In this document: positions 10,382 through 20,573 of the stretch, piece by piece | Layout of the letters: every line of letters starts with the position of its first letter | Position numbering within the stretch: the stretch's first letter is position 1 | Origin: Candidatus Fraserbacteria bacterium | Lineage (GTDB): Bacteria; Bipolaricaulota; Bipolaricaulia; RBG-16-55-9; DRXL01 | DNA: 64,000 nucleotides | Assembly: GCA_947085185.1 (NCBI GenBank) | Contig: CAMTVK010000019.1 | Span: forward strand, 21,470-85,469 | Reading direction: 5' to 3' | Notes under the pieces: generated by a model | Database searches by the model: none | The model's input: only the letters and a program-made list of their open reading frames with translations | What the model was told of the DNA's origin: nothing | Made by a program: the position numbers and the translations under genes

Positions 10382-10642
10382 ATGAGCAAAACGCGCGGCG
10401 GCTTTCTGAGACCTTGGCAGGTCTCACAGTATCTGGGCATCTCTATAGAGCAAGTCTATGAGATGATAGAGTCTGGAGAACTGCCCGCAGAGAAGATCGA
10501 GGGGCGCTGGCGCATCAATCTCGAGAAGCTCGAGCGCTGGCTCGATGAGGATGTCCCCCCACAAGAGATAGAGAAACTTGCCAAGCGCCTCAACGTCAGC
10601 GAAGAAAAAGTCCAAGAGTTCTTCAAGAAAGTTGGGCGCTGA
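10382..10642 (+). CDS. Excisionase-like HTH_17 DNA-binding protein
   Basis: LRPWQVSQYLGISIEQVYEMIESGELPAEKIEGRWRI; AGGAGG RBS. Confidence 0.8.
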   Translation: MSKTRGGFLRPWQVSQYLGISIEQVYEMIESGELPAEKIEGRWRINLEKLERWLDEDVPPQEIEKLAKRLNVSEEKVQEFFKKVGR

Positions 10643-11737
10643 TCACACTTCAATGAGCTTCTTCTTGGGCGCACCCGTCAGCACACGACAGCCCTGCTCT
10701 TCGACAACTGCGACGTCTTCGATGCGCACCCCGCCCCATCCCGGCAGATAGATCCCAGGCTCGATCGTGACCACGTTGCCTGCCTGCAGCCTGTCTTTCC
10801 CCAAGGGCGACAGACGCGGGCTCTCATGCACATCGAGTCCCAAGCCGTGTCCGGTGCCATGCCCAAAATTCTTTTTGTACCCAGCCTGGGCAATCGTTTC
10901 CCGGGCGGGAGCGTCGGCTTGCTTGCTGGTCAGCCCCGCCCGTAAGTTTCTTATGGCGCGCTCTTGAGCCTCGAGCACGATCTTATAAATCTTCTTCTGC
11001 GCTGCACTAGCGCGGCCGACTACGACCGTGCGTGTGAGATCTGCGCAGTAGTGGTCTACTTTCGCCCCCATGTCGAAGAGCACAAAATCGCCCTTCTGGA
11101 CCTCTCGATCTTGGGGTTCATAATGGGGCATAGCTGTCGTTATCCCCGTGGCGACGATGCTCTCGAACGCCAAGCCGTCGCCCCCGTGGGTGCGAATATA
11201 TTGTTCGATCTCCCAAGCGAGCTCGCGCTCGGTTACCCCGGGCTTGACTCTGCCCAAGATGAACTCAAAAGCTTTATCAGTCAAACGAATAGCGCGCGCC
11301 ATCGCTGCGATCTCGGAGTCATCTTTCACGGTGCGCAACGTCTCGACGAACCCTACGACGGGCACGAGCTTCGCTCTTTTGAGCCTATCGCGCACCTGAT
11401 GGAAGAGCCAGGTGCTGGTCGTCGGCGCGTTGATCCCAACGTTTTTGAGCTTGAGCTTTCTGATCTGTTGAGCGACGACGGTCGTCGCTCGACCCTTGAG
11501 TTCAGATATCTCGTAGCCGGAGACGATCTCCCTCGCACGGGTGATGTAGCGAGAGTCAGTCAAGAAGATCTGACGGTCTTTGGTGACGATGAGGACACCA
11601 AACGACCCGCCAAAGCCCGTCAAATAATAGAGATTGGAACGATCGGAGCCCTCAATATTAATAAGACAGAACGCCTCAAGTCTTTTCCGTCGTAACTGAT
11701 CACGAAGCCGCTCGAGACGAACTGCATAGGCGTTCAT
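10643..11737 (-). CDS. Xaa-Pro aminopeptidase (M24B)
   Basis: YLTGF creatinase-N domain; FDMGA..YCADLTRT, HGTGHGLGLDVHE, TIEPGIY, GVRIED. Confidence 0.93.
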   Translation of the reverse strand: MNAYAVRLERLRDQLRRKRLEAFCLINIEGSDRSNLYYLTGFGGSFGVLIVTKDRQIFLTDSRYITRAREIVSGYEISELKGRATTVVAQQIRKLKLKNVGINAPTTSTWLFHQVRDRLKRAKLVPVVGFVETLRTVKDDSEIAAMARAIRLTDKAFEFILGRVKPGVTERELAWEIEQYIRTHGGDGLAFESIVATGITTAMPHYEPQDREVQKGDFVLFDMGAKVDHYCADLTRTVVVGRASAAQKKIYKIVLEAQERAIRNLRAGLTSKQADAPARETIAQAGYKKNFGHGTGHGLGLDVHESPRLSPLGKDRLQAGNVVTIEPGIYLPGWGGVRIEDVAVVEEQGCRVLTGAPKKKLIEV

Positions 11738-11948
11738 AGTGCAGCTGATTATATACGAAAACCTGGGCCGAGGCGAACAAGCAGGTCATGCCAGGACACC
11801 CGTCCCACGCCATCAAGACAAATCGCCAGAGAGGTCTCGACAGCAGTCCTTCAGAAGCGGCTTCCTATCGCGTATAACAAAAACACTCAGCCGGAGCCTA
11901 CGCCCTCTCTCCTCACCAAGGGCGAGGCCGGCACGGGGGAGGTGCGCC

Positions 11949-13103
11949 GTGGGCACGCCAAAGTTGGTCGTTGCCGTACTCGTGCTGGTTACGCTGGGTA
12001 TCGTCATGGTCGCCAGCGCCAGCCTGCCCATCGCTGCCATCCGATACGAACAGCCCTCGTATCTGCTCATAAAACATCTCATCGCGCTCGCCGTGGGACT
12101 CTGCGTCTTCTGGATCTGTTGGCGTTTAGACTATCGAGTCTTCTTGAAGATAGATCATATTGTGCTGCTGGCAGCGCTGGGGTTGACCGCTCTGACGCTC
12201 GTTCCTGGGCTGTCCACGCGAGGGAGCTGGCTGCGCCTGCCTGGCCCATTCCAGCTCCAACCCACAGAATTCTTAAAGCTTGCTCTTGTTATCTCGTGTG
12301 CAGCCTTCTGCGTGCGCAAAGAAGATCGCCTCCACGAGTTCTCCGAAGGCGTCTTGCCTCCCCTCATAGTGACGACCCTCGCGGCCATGATGGCCCTCAA
12401 GCAGTCCGATTTCGCTATGGCGCTCATCTTCTTCCTCATTGTCTTCTGCATGCTCTTTCTCGGGGGTGCTCGGCTGGCGCATCTGGTCGGGATCGTGCTG
12501 GCGACCGTGCCCGCCCTGGCTGCCCTTGTTTGGCTCGCCCCCTATCGCTTCGGACGAGTGCTCGCTTTTCTCGATCCGTTCAAATATAGCACAACTGAGG
12601 GCTACCAGTTGGTGCAGTCACTGACAGCGATCGGATCTGGGGGCCTGATGGGGCGCGGCTTGGGGGAAAGCCGCGGGAAATTGCTCTTCCTGCCAGAGCC
12701 GCACAACGATTTTATCTTCTCCATTATTGGGGAGGAGCTCGGGCTGATCGGCGGTTTCATCGTGCTCGGGCTGTTCGCGTATCTGACATGGGGGGGATAT
12801 CTCATTGCGTCGCGGGCAGCGGACCGGTTCGGAAGATTGCTCGCAGGAGGGATCACTGTTACTCTTGCGGCGCAAGCGTGTATCAACCTCGGGGTCACCA
12901 CGGGGATCTTGCCCGTCACCGGCCTGACCCTGCCGTTCATCAGCTACGGCGGCTCATCGTTGATCGTCTCACTGGCTATGGTTGGGATTCTTGGCAACAT
13001 CTCACGAAAGGGCTCGCATGTTGAGAGTCGTCGTCTGTGGGGGCGGGACGGGGGGACATCTCTATCCCGCCCTCGCGATTTTGGAAGGGTTGCGGCACGC
13101 TGA
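11949..13103 (+). CDS. ftsW: SEDS peptidoglycan polymerase FtsW
   Basis: QPTEFLK, GYQLVQSL.AIGSGG, LPEPHNDFIF, PVTGLTLPFISYGGSS; GTG start after GGAGG inferred. Confidence 0.92.
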   Translation: MGTPKLVVAVLVLVTLGIVMVASASLPIAAIRYEQPSYLLIKHLIALAVGLCVFWICWRLDYRVFLKIDHIVLLAALGLTALTLVPGLSTRGSWLRLPGPFQLQPTEFLKLALVISCAAFCVRKEDRLHEFSEGVLPPLIVTTLAAMMALKQSDFAMALIFFLIVFCMLFLGGARLAHLVGIVLATVPALAALVWLAPYRFGRVLAFLDPFKYSTTEGYQLVQSLTAIGSGGLMGRGLGESRGKLLFLPEPHNDFIFSIIGEELGLIGGFIVLGLFAYLTWGGYLIASRAADRFGRLLAGGITVTLAAQACINLGVTTGILPVTGLTLPFISYGGSSLIVSLAMVGILGNISRKGSHVESRRLWGRDGGTSLSRPRDFGRVAAR

Positions 13104-14169
13104 GCCAAACGCGCGGCTTGTGTACGTGGGGAGCCGTTACGGACTCGAGGCCACCGTGATGCCGCGCTACAGATGGGTTGAGTTCTATAAGCTCCCCATC
13201 CGCGGGATCGCGCGGCCAGGGCAACGCCCCTGGTGGTTCTGCTGGGCGCTGCTCGCCCTCTTCCAGCTTCCCATCGCGCTCGCGCAAGCACTTCTGATCG
13301 TCCTTAGACAGAGACCCCATCTGATCATCGGCGTTGGGGGCTATGGGGCGTTTGCGCCTGTGCTCTGGGGAATTCTTCTGGGGATCCCGATCTTCTTGCA
13401 CGAACAGAATTCTGTTCCGGGGATAGTGACGCGGCTCTTTGCCCCGTGGGCGAGCAAAGTCTTTCTCACTTACCCACAGACAGCCCGCTATCTGCGAGCG
13501 CGCCATGTCGTCGTGACCGGGCTTCCCATCCGCCCAGAGGTGCTGTCGGCCCGCCCCGACCCCCAGCGGTTCGGCCTGCACCAAGACATAAAAACTGTGC
13601 TCGTCTTCGGCGGCAGCCGGGGATCCCAGCTCTTAACCGAAACGGCCTGTGAGACAGCGCGCTCTCTAAGTACAGTCCAGTTTCTCATCGTCACGGGATC
13701 TTCTTCCCAATCTCCCTGCCCTCCAAGGGAGAGCCTTGGGGAGAGAGTAGTTCTTGTTCCATACATTCACGAGATGGGCACAGCGCTCTCCACCGCTGAT
13801 CTTGTGATCTGTCGCGCGGGGGCAGGGACGCTTGCCGAGCTTGCTGCCTTGCGCAAGCCCGCTATTGTCGTCCCTTGGCCAGGCGCAGCCGCTTCGCACC
13901 AGATGGCCAATGCCAACTCTCTCGCCCATCTCGGCTTGTTCTCTGTAGTGCCAGAGTCCGAACTCACCCCTCAACGACTCGTTGAGGAGATCACAACAGC
14001 GCTGCAACGACACGCTGCACTCTCATCCCATCGAGAGACTCAGCCTCCGGCAGCGCTCACCCATATCCTGCGCGAGGTGTTTTCCGATGCGACCAGAACA
14101 TACGACACATCTGCACTTTATCGGAATCGGCGGCGACGGCATGAGTGGGTTGGCCAAAGTCTATTCTGA
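13018..14169 (+). CDS. murG: Lipid II GlcNAc transferase MurG
   Basis: GGGTGGHLYPA, HEQNSVPG, GGSRGS, CRAGAGT. Confidence 0.93.
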   Translation: MLRVVVCGGGTGGHLYPALAILEGLRHAEPNARLVYVGSRYGLEATVMPRYRWVEFYKLPIRGIARPGQRPWWFCWALLALFQLPIALAQALLIVLRQRPHLIIGVGGYGAFAPVLWGILLGIPIFLHEQNSVPGIVTRLFAPWASKVFLTYPQTARYLRARHVVVTGLPIRPEVLSARPDPQRFGLHQDIKTVLVFGGSRGSQLLTETACETARSLSTVQFLIVTGSSSQSPCPPRESLGERVVLVPYIHEMGTALSTADLVICRAGAGTLAELAALRKPAIVVPWPGAAASHQMANANSLAHLGLFSVVPESELTPQRLVEEITTALQRHAALSSHRETQPPAALTHILREVFSDATRTYDTSALYRNRRRRHEWVGQSLF

Positions 14170-15496
14170 GCTGGGGTTCCGCATCACCGGGTGCAACCTC
14201 GAAGAGAACCAGCGCACCCGGCAGCTGCGCGCCCTGGGCGTGCCCGTGGCTATTGGGCACTCGTCGGACCATCTCCAGAGCGCTACGCACGTCATCGTCT
14301 CCTCGGCCATCCCTCCAGATACTAAAGAATTGCTCGAAGCCCAACGCTTGGGCCTGCCGATCCTCCATCGCCTCGAGCTGCTGCACGAGCTCACCACACA
14401 ACGCTTCACCATTGGGGTTGCCGGCACCCACGGCAAGACGACCACCGCCGCGATGATCGCCACGGTGCTCGAGCGCGCTTGGCTCGATCCCACGTTTGTC
14501 ATCGGTGCGGCCTCTCCGACGTTGGGCACTCATGCCCGCTTGGGCATGGGCCCCCATCTCGTCGCGGAAGTGTGCGAGAGCGATGGGCATTTTTTAAAGC
14601 TCCACCCGCAGATCGCCGTGATTACGAACATCGGTCGAGATCATTTGAATTTCTATGGCAGCGCACAAGCGCTTTGGGCGAGTTTCACCCAATTTGCTCA
14701 CCAGAGCGATCTGTGCATCGCGTGCGCCGACGACCCCGGAGCCCGACGCGCCGTCATCGAGGGAGGGGCTCGTCTCTCCATGCCCCTCACCTACAGCATC
14801 GAGTGCCCTGCAGACTTGGTCGCCCATGATATTGTGTTTCATCAATTTCACACGGCGTTTGAGATCTCATGGCGGGGACGCCATGTGGGGCACGTCGAGC
14901 TCTTGCACGCCCCTGGCATACATAACGTCTATAATGCATTAGCAGCTCTGCTAGTAGGCCGTCAGCTTGGCCTCTCTTTTGCTGATATGGCCGCGCATCT
15001 GAGAGACTTCCAGCTCCCAGAAAGACGCTTCCAAGTGCTCATCAATAATGGGATCACCGTCGTGGATGACTACGCCCATCTTCCCGAACAGATCCAGCGC
15101 AACCTCCAAGCGATCCGCCAAAGCTGGCATCCCGCACGGATCGTCGCGCTCTTCCAGCCCCACCGCTTCACCCGCACGTATTATCTGGGTCGGGAGTTCA
15201 GCACGGCATTCGATCTCGCAGATACGGTCATCCTGACAGATATCTACCCGGCATTCGAGCGCCCCATCCCCGGCGTGGACGTCGGACTCATTCTCGAGGC
15301 CCTGCGCCGTCGGCACCACGCTGTCGTGTACGTGCCGCGCGGGAAGGATTTCGTGCACCGGCTCAAGGAGCTCTTACGCCCCGGCGATTTCGTCATCGGC
15401 TTTGGTGCCGGGGACTTAGGAGCGGAGCTGCATCGGTTCGCTCGCGCTTGGAATCAGAAAGATCAGGAGGACTCTCATGAAGCTTCGGGAGAGTAA
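14087..15496 (+). CDS. murC: UDP-N-acetylmuramate--L-alanine ligase
   Basis: HFIGIGGDGMSG, GTHGKTTT, DDYAH, FQPHRFTRT. Confidence 0.93.
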   Translation: MRPEHTTHLHFIGIGGDGMSGLAKVYSELGFRITGCNLEENQRTRQLRALGVPVAIGHSSDHLQSATHVIVSSAIPPDTKELLEAQRLGLPILHRLELLHELTTQRFTIGVAGTHGKTTTAAMIATVLERAWLDPTFVIGAASPTLGTHARLGMGPHLVAEVCESDGHFLKLHPQIAVITNIGRDHLNFYGSAQALWASFTQFAHQSDLCIACADDPGARRAVIEGGARLSMPLTYSIECPADLVAHDIVFHQFHTAFEISWRGRHVGHVELLHAPGIHNVYNALAALLVGRQLGLSFADMAAHLRDFQLPERRFQVLINNGITVVDDYAHLPEQIQRNLQAIRQSWHPARIVALFQPHRFTRTYYLGREFSTAFDLADTVILTDIYPAFERPIPGVDVGLILEALRRRHHAVVYVPRGKDFVHRLKELLRPGDFVIGFGAGDLGAELHRFARAWNQKDQEDSHEASGE

Positions 15497-16382
15497 GCTC
15501 TGCGAAGAGCTTCAGAGCCGCCTCCAAGGGGTCGTCAAAACTCATGAACCCTTGGCACGACATACATCGTTGCGGATCGGCGGCCCGGCAGATTACTTTG
15601 TCATTCCCGCTTCGCTCGAAGATATCTTGGAGACGCTCGATTTTGCCGGTGAGCACGGCTTGCCGTGGATCGTCCTGGGGAATGGTACCAACGTGCTCTT
15701 CCCCGACGAGGGCTATCGAGGAGTTGTTCTGAAGTTGGGGCCAAGCCTAGGCCGCATCGAACTCCACGAAGACAGAGTGCGCGCCCAAGCGGGAGCCAGC
15801 TTGGCCGCCCTGATCTCCCGTGTTCGTTCTTTGGGGTTGCGCGATCTGGACTTTTTAGTGGGCATCCCTGGCAGCGTCGGTGGCGCTCTCGTCATGAATG
15901 CTGGCATCCCCGAGGGGGCTGTCTCCGACGTGGTCACCAGGGTGGGGGCATTGACTTTTGACAAAAAATTGATTACTCTTACTCCCGAGGAATGTCGCTT
16001 CGGCTACCGATCGAGCCGGTTTCAGGAGGAACGGCTGATCGTGATCGAGGGAGAGTTTGCCTTGGGAAGAGGGAAATCCTGGGATGGTGAGGAGTTACTG
16101 AGACGACGCAAGGAGCGCCAGCCCTTGGGGGTGCCCAGCCCCGGCTGCGTCTTCCGTAACCCGGTGGGGGTGAAGGCCACCGCCGGGCAGCTCATCGAGC
16201 GCGCGGGGTTGAAGGGATACCGGGTAGGCGGCGCGAGTATTTCCGTAAAGCATGCGAACTTTATCGTCAATGAAGGGGGGGCGACCAGTCGAGATGTCCT
16301 CCAGCTAATTGACATCGCCCGGTCGGTTGTGCTTAAATATTGGGGGGTGGAGTTACAGCTGGAGCTCGCCGTCGTCGCCTGA
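15477..16382 (+). CDS. murB: UDP-N-acetylmuramate dehydrogenase
   Basis: HTSLRIGGPA, GIPGSVGGALVMNAG, FGYRSS, HANFIVN. Confidence 0.95.
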   Translation: MKLRESKLCEELQSRLQGVVKTHEPLARHTSLRIGGPADYFVIPASLEDILETLDFAGEHGLPWIVLGNGTNVLFPDEGYRGVVLKLGPSLGRIELHEDRVRAQAGASLAALISRVRSLGLRDLDFLVGIPGSVGGALVMNAGIPEGAVSDVVTRVGALTFDKKLITLTPEECRFGYRSSRFQEERLIVIEGEFALGRGKSWDGEELLRRRKERQPLGVPSPGCVFRNPVGVKATAGQLIERAGLKGYRVGGASISVKHANFIVNEGGATSRDVLQLIDIARSVVLKYWGVELQLELAVVA

Positions 16383-16387
16383 ACGAT

Positions 16388-17077
16388 GTGCGGCGGTTGA
16401 TCATACAAGCGAGCATCGGGCTCTTGCTCGGCGTCTTGGCAGCCAGTCGCGTGCCGTGGCAGGAGTATATAGCCGTACGAGAGATCGCCGTCAAGGGTGG
16501 TGAGAGGATCCAAGCCGAGGCGGTCCTGCAGAGATTTCCGATCCAAATCGGAATGAATTGGCTGACGGCCGACACCGAGGCCGCGCGGCAGGCCCTCTTG
16601 CGTCTCCCTCCCGTCCGTGAAGCGCAAGTCGCGCGAGCCCTGTGGGGACGTATTCTCGTCACCATTCACGAACGGGAGCCGCTGGCCGTCGTCCAGCTGG
16701 GCAAACAGCTCTTCTGGATGGACACCGAAGGAGTCCTCTACCACCAGGCTGAGCAGGCGTTTGGGCCGGTTCTCCTCGAACCAGATGTGCAAGAGACCGA
16801 GCGCGGCCCACGCCTGGCCGATCTCTTCTTGCTCGTGCCCCTCAGCGCCCTGATGGCCGCGCCGGGGGATTTCTTGAATCGTATCTCTACTGTGCGTTTT
16901 GAAGGGAGCTCTATGAGAGTGTCTCTGCGGAATGGCCCTGACGTCTGGCTGAACGCCTACGACGTGCGGGGGGAATTGCCACGCCTGCAACGGGTGTTGC
17001 GCGCGCTGGCCGCTCACAAGCTGCAGACGGTGGACCTGCGCTTTGAGCGCCTAGTCGTCGTTCGCAAAAGACGGTGA
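16388..17077 (+). CDS. ftsQ: Cell division protein FtsQ/DivIB
   Basis: TM segment, POTRA-like region, IHEREP, VDLRF at C-terminus; lies between murB and ftsA; start uncertain. Confidence 0.8.
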   Translation: MRRLIIQASIGLLLGVLAASRVPWQEYIAVREIAVKGGERIQAEAVLQRFPIQIGMNWLTADTEAARQALLRLPPVREAQVARALWGRILVTIHEREPLAVVQLGKQLFWMDTEGVLYHQAEQAFGPVLLEPDVQETERGPRLADLFLLVPLSALMAAPGDFLNRISTVRFEGSSMRVSLRNGPDVWLNAYDVRGELPRLQRVLRALAAHKLQTVDLRFERLVVVRKRR

Positions 17078-17092
17078 GGTGGTGATCTGGGA

Positions 17093-18355
17093 ATGGGGGA
17101 GATCATTGTTGGCTTGGACATTGGCACCACGAAAGTCGTTGCCCTCGTCTGCAACGTCGAGGACTCGCACATCGAGATCATTGGGATGGGCAAAGCCCCA
17201 TCTCGCGGGCTCGAGAAGGGCGTAGTCGTAGACATCGGCGAGACCACAGCTTCGATTAAGCGCGCCATCGAAGAAGCCGAGAACATGGCCGATGTCAAGA
17301 TCGAGCGCGTCTACGCGGGCATCGCGGGAAAACACATCTCTTCGATCAACAACTCTGGGACCGTCTCGATCTCGCGGGACACAAAGATCATTACACTCGA
17401 TGACGTGCAACGGGTGATCGACACCGCGCAGGCCGTGCAGATCACCCCAGACAGCCAGCTCATCCACGTCATCCCCAGGCAGTATATCGTCGACGGACAA
17501 GAGGGAATCACGGACCCCGTCGGTATGACCGGGACTCGGCTCGAAGTGGACGTGCACATCGTGACCGGCTCGATCACAGCTGTGCATAATATTCGACGCT
17601 GCGTGGAAAACCTTGGGATCGAAGTCGAGCAGATCGTGCTCCAGCCATTGGCCAGCAGTTATGCGATCTTGAACGAGGCCGAAAAAGAGCTTGGCGTCGC
17701 CCTGATGGACATCGGGGGCGGGACGACCGATATCGCGATCTTCCGCGGCGGCGACATCTGGTTCAGCAAGATCCTGCCCATCGCCGGAGAGCATATCACC
17801 AACGACATCGCAGTAGGCCTGCGAGTCAGCTACGAAGAGGCCGAACGCATCAAGATCCAAGAGGGCCTCCCCAGAATCCTCGACGAAGCCGCCGAAGAAG
17901 AACGCATCGAGATCACGACGATCAGCGAAGAGAAGAAGCTCATCGCCAAGAGAAAGCTCGCGAAGATCATCGAGCCCAGGCTCGAAGAGCTGTTTGATCT
18001 CGCCATGGGAGAGATCGAGAACGTCGGGTATCGCGATCTCATCCCTGCGGGGATCGTCCTGACCGGCGGAACTTCGCTGTTGAAAGGGCTCCCGGAGTTC
18101 GTCTCCGAGCGCTACGACATCTCGGTGCGCCGGGGGAGGAACCCTCAGGGGATTCACGGATTGCGAGACATCGTCGAGAGCCCCGTGTATTCTACAGTGA
18201 TCGGCCTGGTGAAGTACGCCGTGGAATCGAAGGAGTATCTGCACCGGTTTGGCGAATATTCTAGGCCTCGCTCGTGGGGGATCACCCGCAACCGGGGTTT
18301 CTCTGGGCTTTTGGGGAAGTTACTGCGCTGGTTCACCCGATTCTTCCGAGGTTAG
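17093..18355 (+). CDS. ftsA: Cell division protein FtsA
   Basis: GLDIGTTKV, DIGGGTTD, IVLTGG, amphipathic C-terminal helix. Confidence 0.97.
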   Translation: MGEIIVGLDIGTTKVVALVCNVEDSHIEIIGMGKAPSRGLEKGVVVDIGETTASIKRAIEEAENMADVKIERVYAGIAGKHISSINNSGTVSISRDTKIITLDDVQRVIDTAQAVQITPDSQLIHVIPRQYIVDGQEGITDPVGMTGTRLEVDVHIVTGSITAVHNIRRCVENLGIEVEQIVLQPLASSYAILNEAEKELGVALMDIGGGTTDIAIFRGGDIWFSKILPIAGEHITNDIAVGLRVSYEEAERIKIQEGLPRILDEAAEEERIEITTISEEKKLIAKRKLAKIIEPRLEELFDLAMGEIENVGYRDLIPAGIVLTGGTSLLKGLPEFVSERYDISVRRGRNPQGIHGLRDIVESPVYSTVIGLVKYAVESKEYLHRFGEYSRPRSWGITRNRGFSGLLGKLLRWFTRFFRG

Positions 18356-18364
18356 GGGGTCTGT

Positions 18365-19444
18365 ATGGGCCGCAACGGGTTGGCACGGATCAAAGTGATC
18401 GGCGTTGGAGGCGGGGGCGGCAACGCCGTGGACCGCATGAAGAAAGCCAAAGTCAAAGACGTCGAACTGATCGTGGTCAACACCGACGCACAGGTGCTTT
18501 CGATCATAGAAGCCGATCGGACTGTGCAGATTGGGGCGAAGCTCACCGCGGGATTGGGGGCTGGGGGAAACCCTGAGATTGGACGGAAGGCCGCAGAAGA
18601 GTCTGAAGCTGAGCTTGCAGAGCTGCTCGAAGACACCGATATGGTCTTCCTCACCGTAGGGATGGGTGGGGGCACGGGGACCGGGGCCTCGCCGGTGATC
18701 GCGCGGCTGGCCCGCGAGGCCGGCATCTTGACCGTCGCTATCGTCACCAAGCCCTTCTCGTTTGAGGGGCGGCTCCGAGCAGAGCGCGCCAAAAAGGGCA
18801 TCGAAGAGCTCCGCCAATACGTGGACACGCTCATCGCTATCCCCAATGATCGTCTGCTGAAGGTCGCCCCCCCCGATATGCCCTTGGTGAAAGCATTCGA
18901 GCTGGCCGACGACATCTTGCGCCAGGGGGTGCAAGGCATCTCAGATCTGATTACGACCCCAGGGATGATCAATCTCGACTTTGCCGACGTCGAAGCGACG
19001 ATGCGTAACGCCGGGACGGCCCTCATGGGTATCGGCGAAGGGGAGGGCGAAAATCGCACCCGCGACGCGGCCCGCAACGCCATCACCAGCCCCCTCCTAG
19101 AGGGATCCATCGAAGGGGCTCAAAAACTCATCTTAAATATTACGGGAGGGCCGGATCTCTCGCTCGAAGAGGTGACCGAGGCCGCATCGCTCGTACAAGA
19201 CACGCTCTCCGACCAAGCCGATATCTTCTTTGGCGCGGTCGTGCGCGAGGGCTACGACCGAGTGCGGATCACCGTGATCGCCACAGGGTTCAAAGAGCAC
19301 GAAGAGCTCTCCAAAGAAGAGAAGATCGAGCGCGGCATAGACGACGAAGAAGAGATGATCGAGAAGGTCGAGCGCAGCATCCGCAAGGCCCATTCCGACG
19401 ATTGGGACATCCCCACATTCTTACGCAAGCGCAAGAACGATTAG
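18365..19444 (+). CDS. ftsZ: Cell division protein FtsZ
   Basis: IKVIGVGGGGGNA, GMGGGTGTG, NLDFAD, DIPTFLRK tail. Confidence 0.98.
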   Translation: MGRNGLARIKVIGVGGGGGNAVDRMKKAKVKDVELIVVNTDAQVLSIIEADRTVQIGAKLTAGLGAGGNPEIGRKAAEESEAELAELLEDTDMVFLTVGMGGGTGTGASPVIARLAREAGILTVAIVTKPFSFEGRLRAERAKKGIEELRQYVDTLIAIPNDRLLKVAPPDMPLVKAFELADDILRQGVQGISDLITTPGMINLDFADVEATMRNAGTALMGIGEGEGENRTRDAARNAITSPLLEGSIEGAQKLILNITGGPDLSLEEVTEAASLVQDTLSDQADIFFGAVVREGYDRVRITVIATGFKEHEELSKEEKIERGIDDEEEMIEKVERSIRKAHSDDWDIPTFLRKRKND

Positions 19445-20571
19445 AAGTCCATTCTGATGGGCATACAGACGTATAAGAAGCCCTGATCCGCTTCGCTGTC
19501 CCCTGGCTCAAGCAGCCCGGCACTCTCCGCATCCGCCACCCACAGATGCACTTCATCGCTCTGGAGACGCTTGAGCGCATCTATGAGATACTCCGCGCGA
19601 AAGCTGATCTTTATAGCTTGGGCCTTCTTTTTGAGGGGCAGCACCTCGCGGGCTTCGCCCTTCTCCGCTGCTTGAGAGCTGAGCACAAGCTGCGAGTCCT
19701 CGACGCTCAAGATGACCGCATTCGACTCCTCCGCAGCAGTGATCTGTGCCCGCTGCAACGCTTCTAAGAAGAGCTTTCTGTCGAGAGAGAGTCCAATGGG
19801 ATTTTCTTTGGGGATGACCTTCTCAAAGTCGGGATAGGCCTCTTCAATGAGCCGCCCCACGAAGACCACCGAGCCGACTTTAAAGAAGAGATAATTTTCA
19901 GCGTGATAGAGTTCCGCGTGCTCGGCATCGAGCTGTGCCATAATACTAACGAGATCGCGCAGGGAGTCCGCGGCGACCAAAAACTCCCCCTCACGAGAGG
20001 CCTTCTGCACCAAAGACTCCGCTTTGAGCGCCAGACGATACCCGTTCGTCGCTACGACCTTGAGCGTCTCTTTCTCAAGGACTATATTGACCCCCGTCAG
20101 GCTCAACCGAGACGTCTCGCGCGCCGACAGCGCCGCATACACGACCAGCTCTAAGCTGCGCTCAAGCTGCTTCTTCCCCACCGTGCAGATGGGCTTCTCC
20201 GGCAGCGCTGGGACTTCAGGGTAGTCCTCCAACGACAGCCGAAAGAGATCGAACGTCGCCCCACCGGAGGTGAGCTCGACTTTCCCCGTGCCGGAGATCG
20301 TCTTCAGCTCTACGGTCTCTGCCGGCAGGGTGCTAGCGATCTTCACCAGCAATTCGCCGTTGAGCACAAGTGCCTCGTCTCCTCCACGGTTCTCTATGGG
20401 GACGGAGCACCACAGAGCCCGCTCCAAGTCGGTCGCGTAGAGCATGAGCTGATGTTTTTTGGTCTCCAGCTTCAGCCCCGCTAAGATGGGCATGCTCGTG
20501 GCTTTCCCTAAAGCCCGGCTGACGATCTTGACCCCAGAGAGAAATTCATTCCGTCTGCATGAAAACTCCAT
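19441..20571 (-). CDS. dnaN: DNA polymerase III beta clamp
   Basis: MPILAG, ATDLE, VATNGYRL, YPDFEKVIP, YVCMPIR; AGGGA RBS before ATG 20571. Confidence 0.93.
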   Translation of the reverse strand: MEFSCRRNEFLSGVKIVSRALGKATSMPILAGLKLETKKHQLMLYATDLERALWCSVPIENRGGDEALVLNGELLVKIASTLPAETVELKTISGTGKVELTSGGATFDLFRLSLEDYPEVPALPEKPICTVGKKQLERSLELVVYAALSARETSRLSLTGVNIVLEKETLKVVATNGYRLALKAESLVQKASREGEFLVAADSLRDLVSIMAQLDAEHAELYHAENYLFFKVGSVVFVGRLIEEAYPDFEKVIPKENPIGLSLDRKLFLEALQRAQITAAEESNAVILSVEDSQLVLSSQAAEKGEAREVLPLKKKAQAIKISFRAEYLIDALKRLQSDEVHLWVADAESAGLLEPGDSEADQGFLYVCMPIRMDF

Positions 20572-20573
20572 AC

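Noticed and set aside
10382..10642. Prophage or integrative element suggested by the excisionase-like gene
   Set aside because: No integrase, att repeats or phage genes nearby
11739..11948. 70-aa N-terminal extension of FtsW in the ORF track
   Set aside because: It overlaps divergent promoter sequence; a better SD and GTG lie at 11949
16022..18244. Long antisense ORFs (331 aa and 397 aa) opposite murB/ftsQ and ftsA
   Set aside because: Shadow frames of GC-rich conserved genes, with no recognisable motifs
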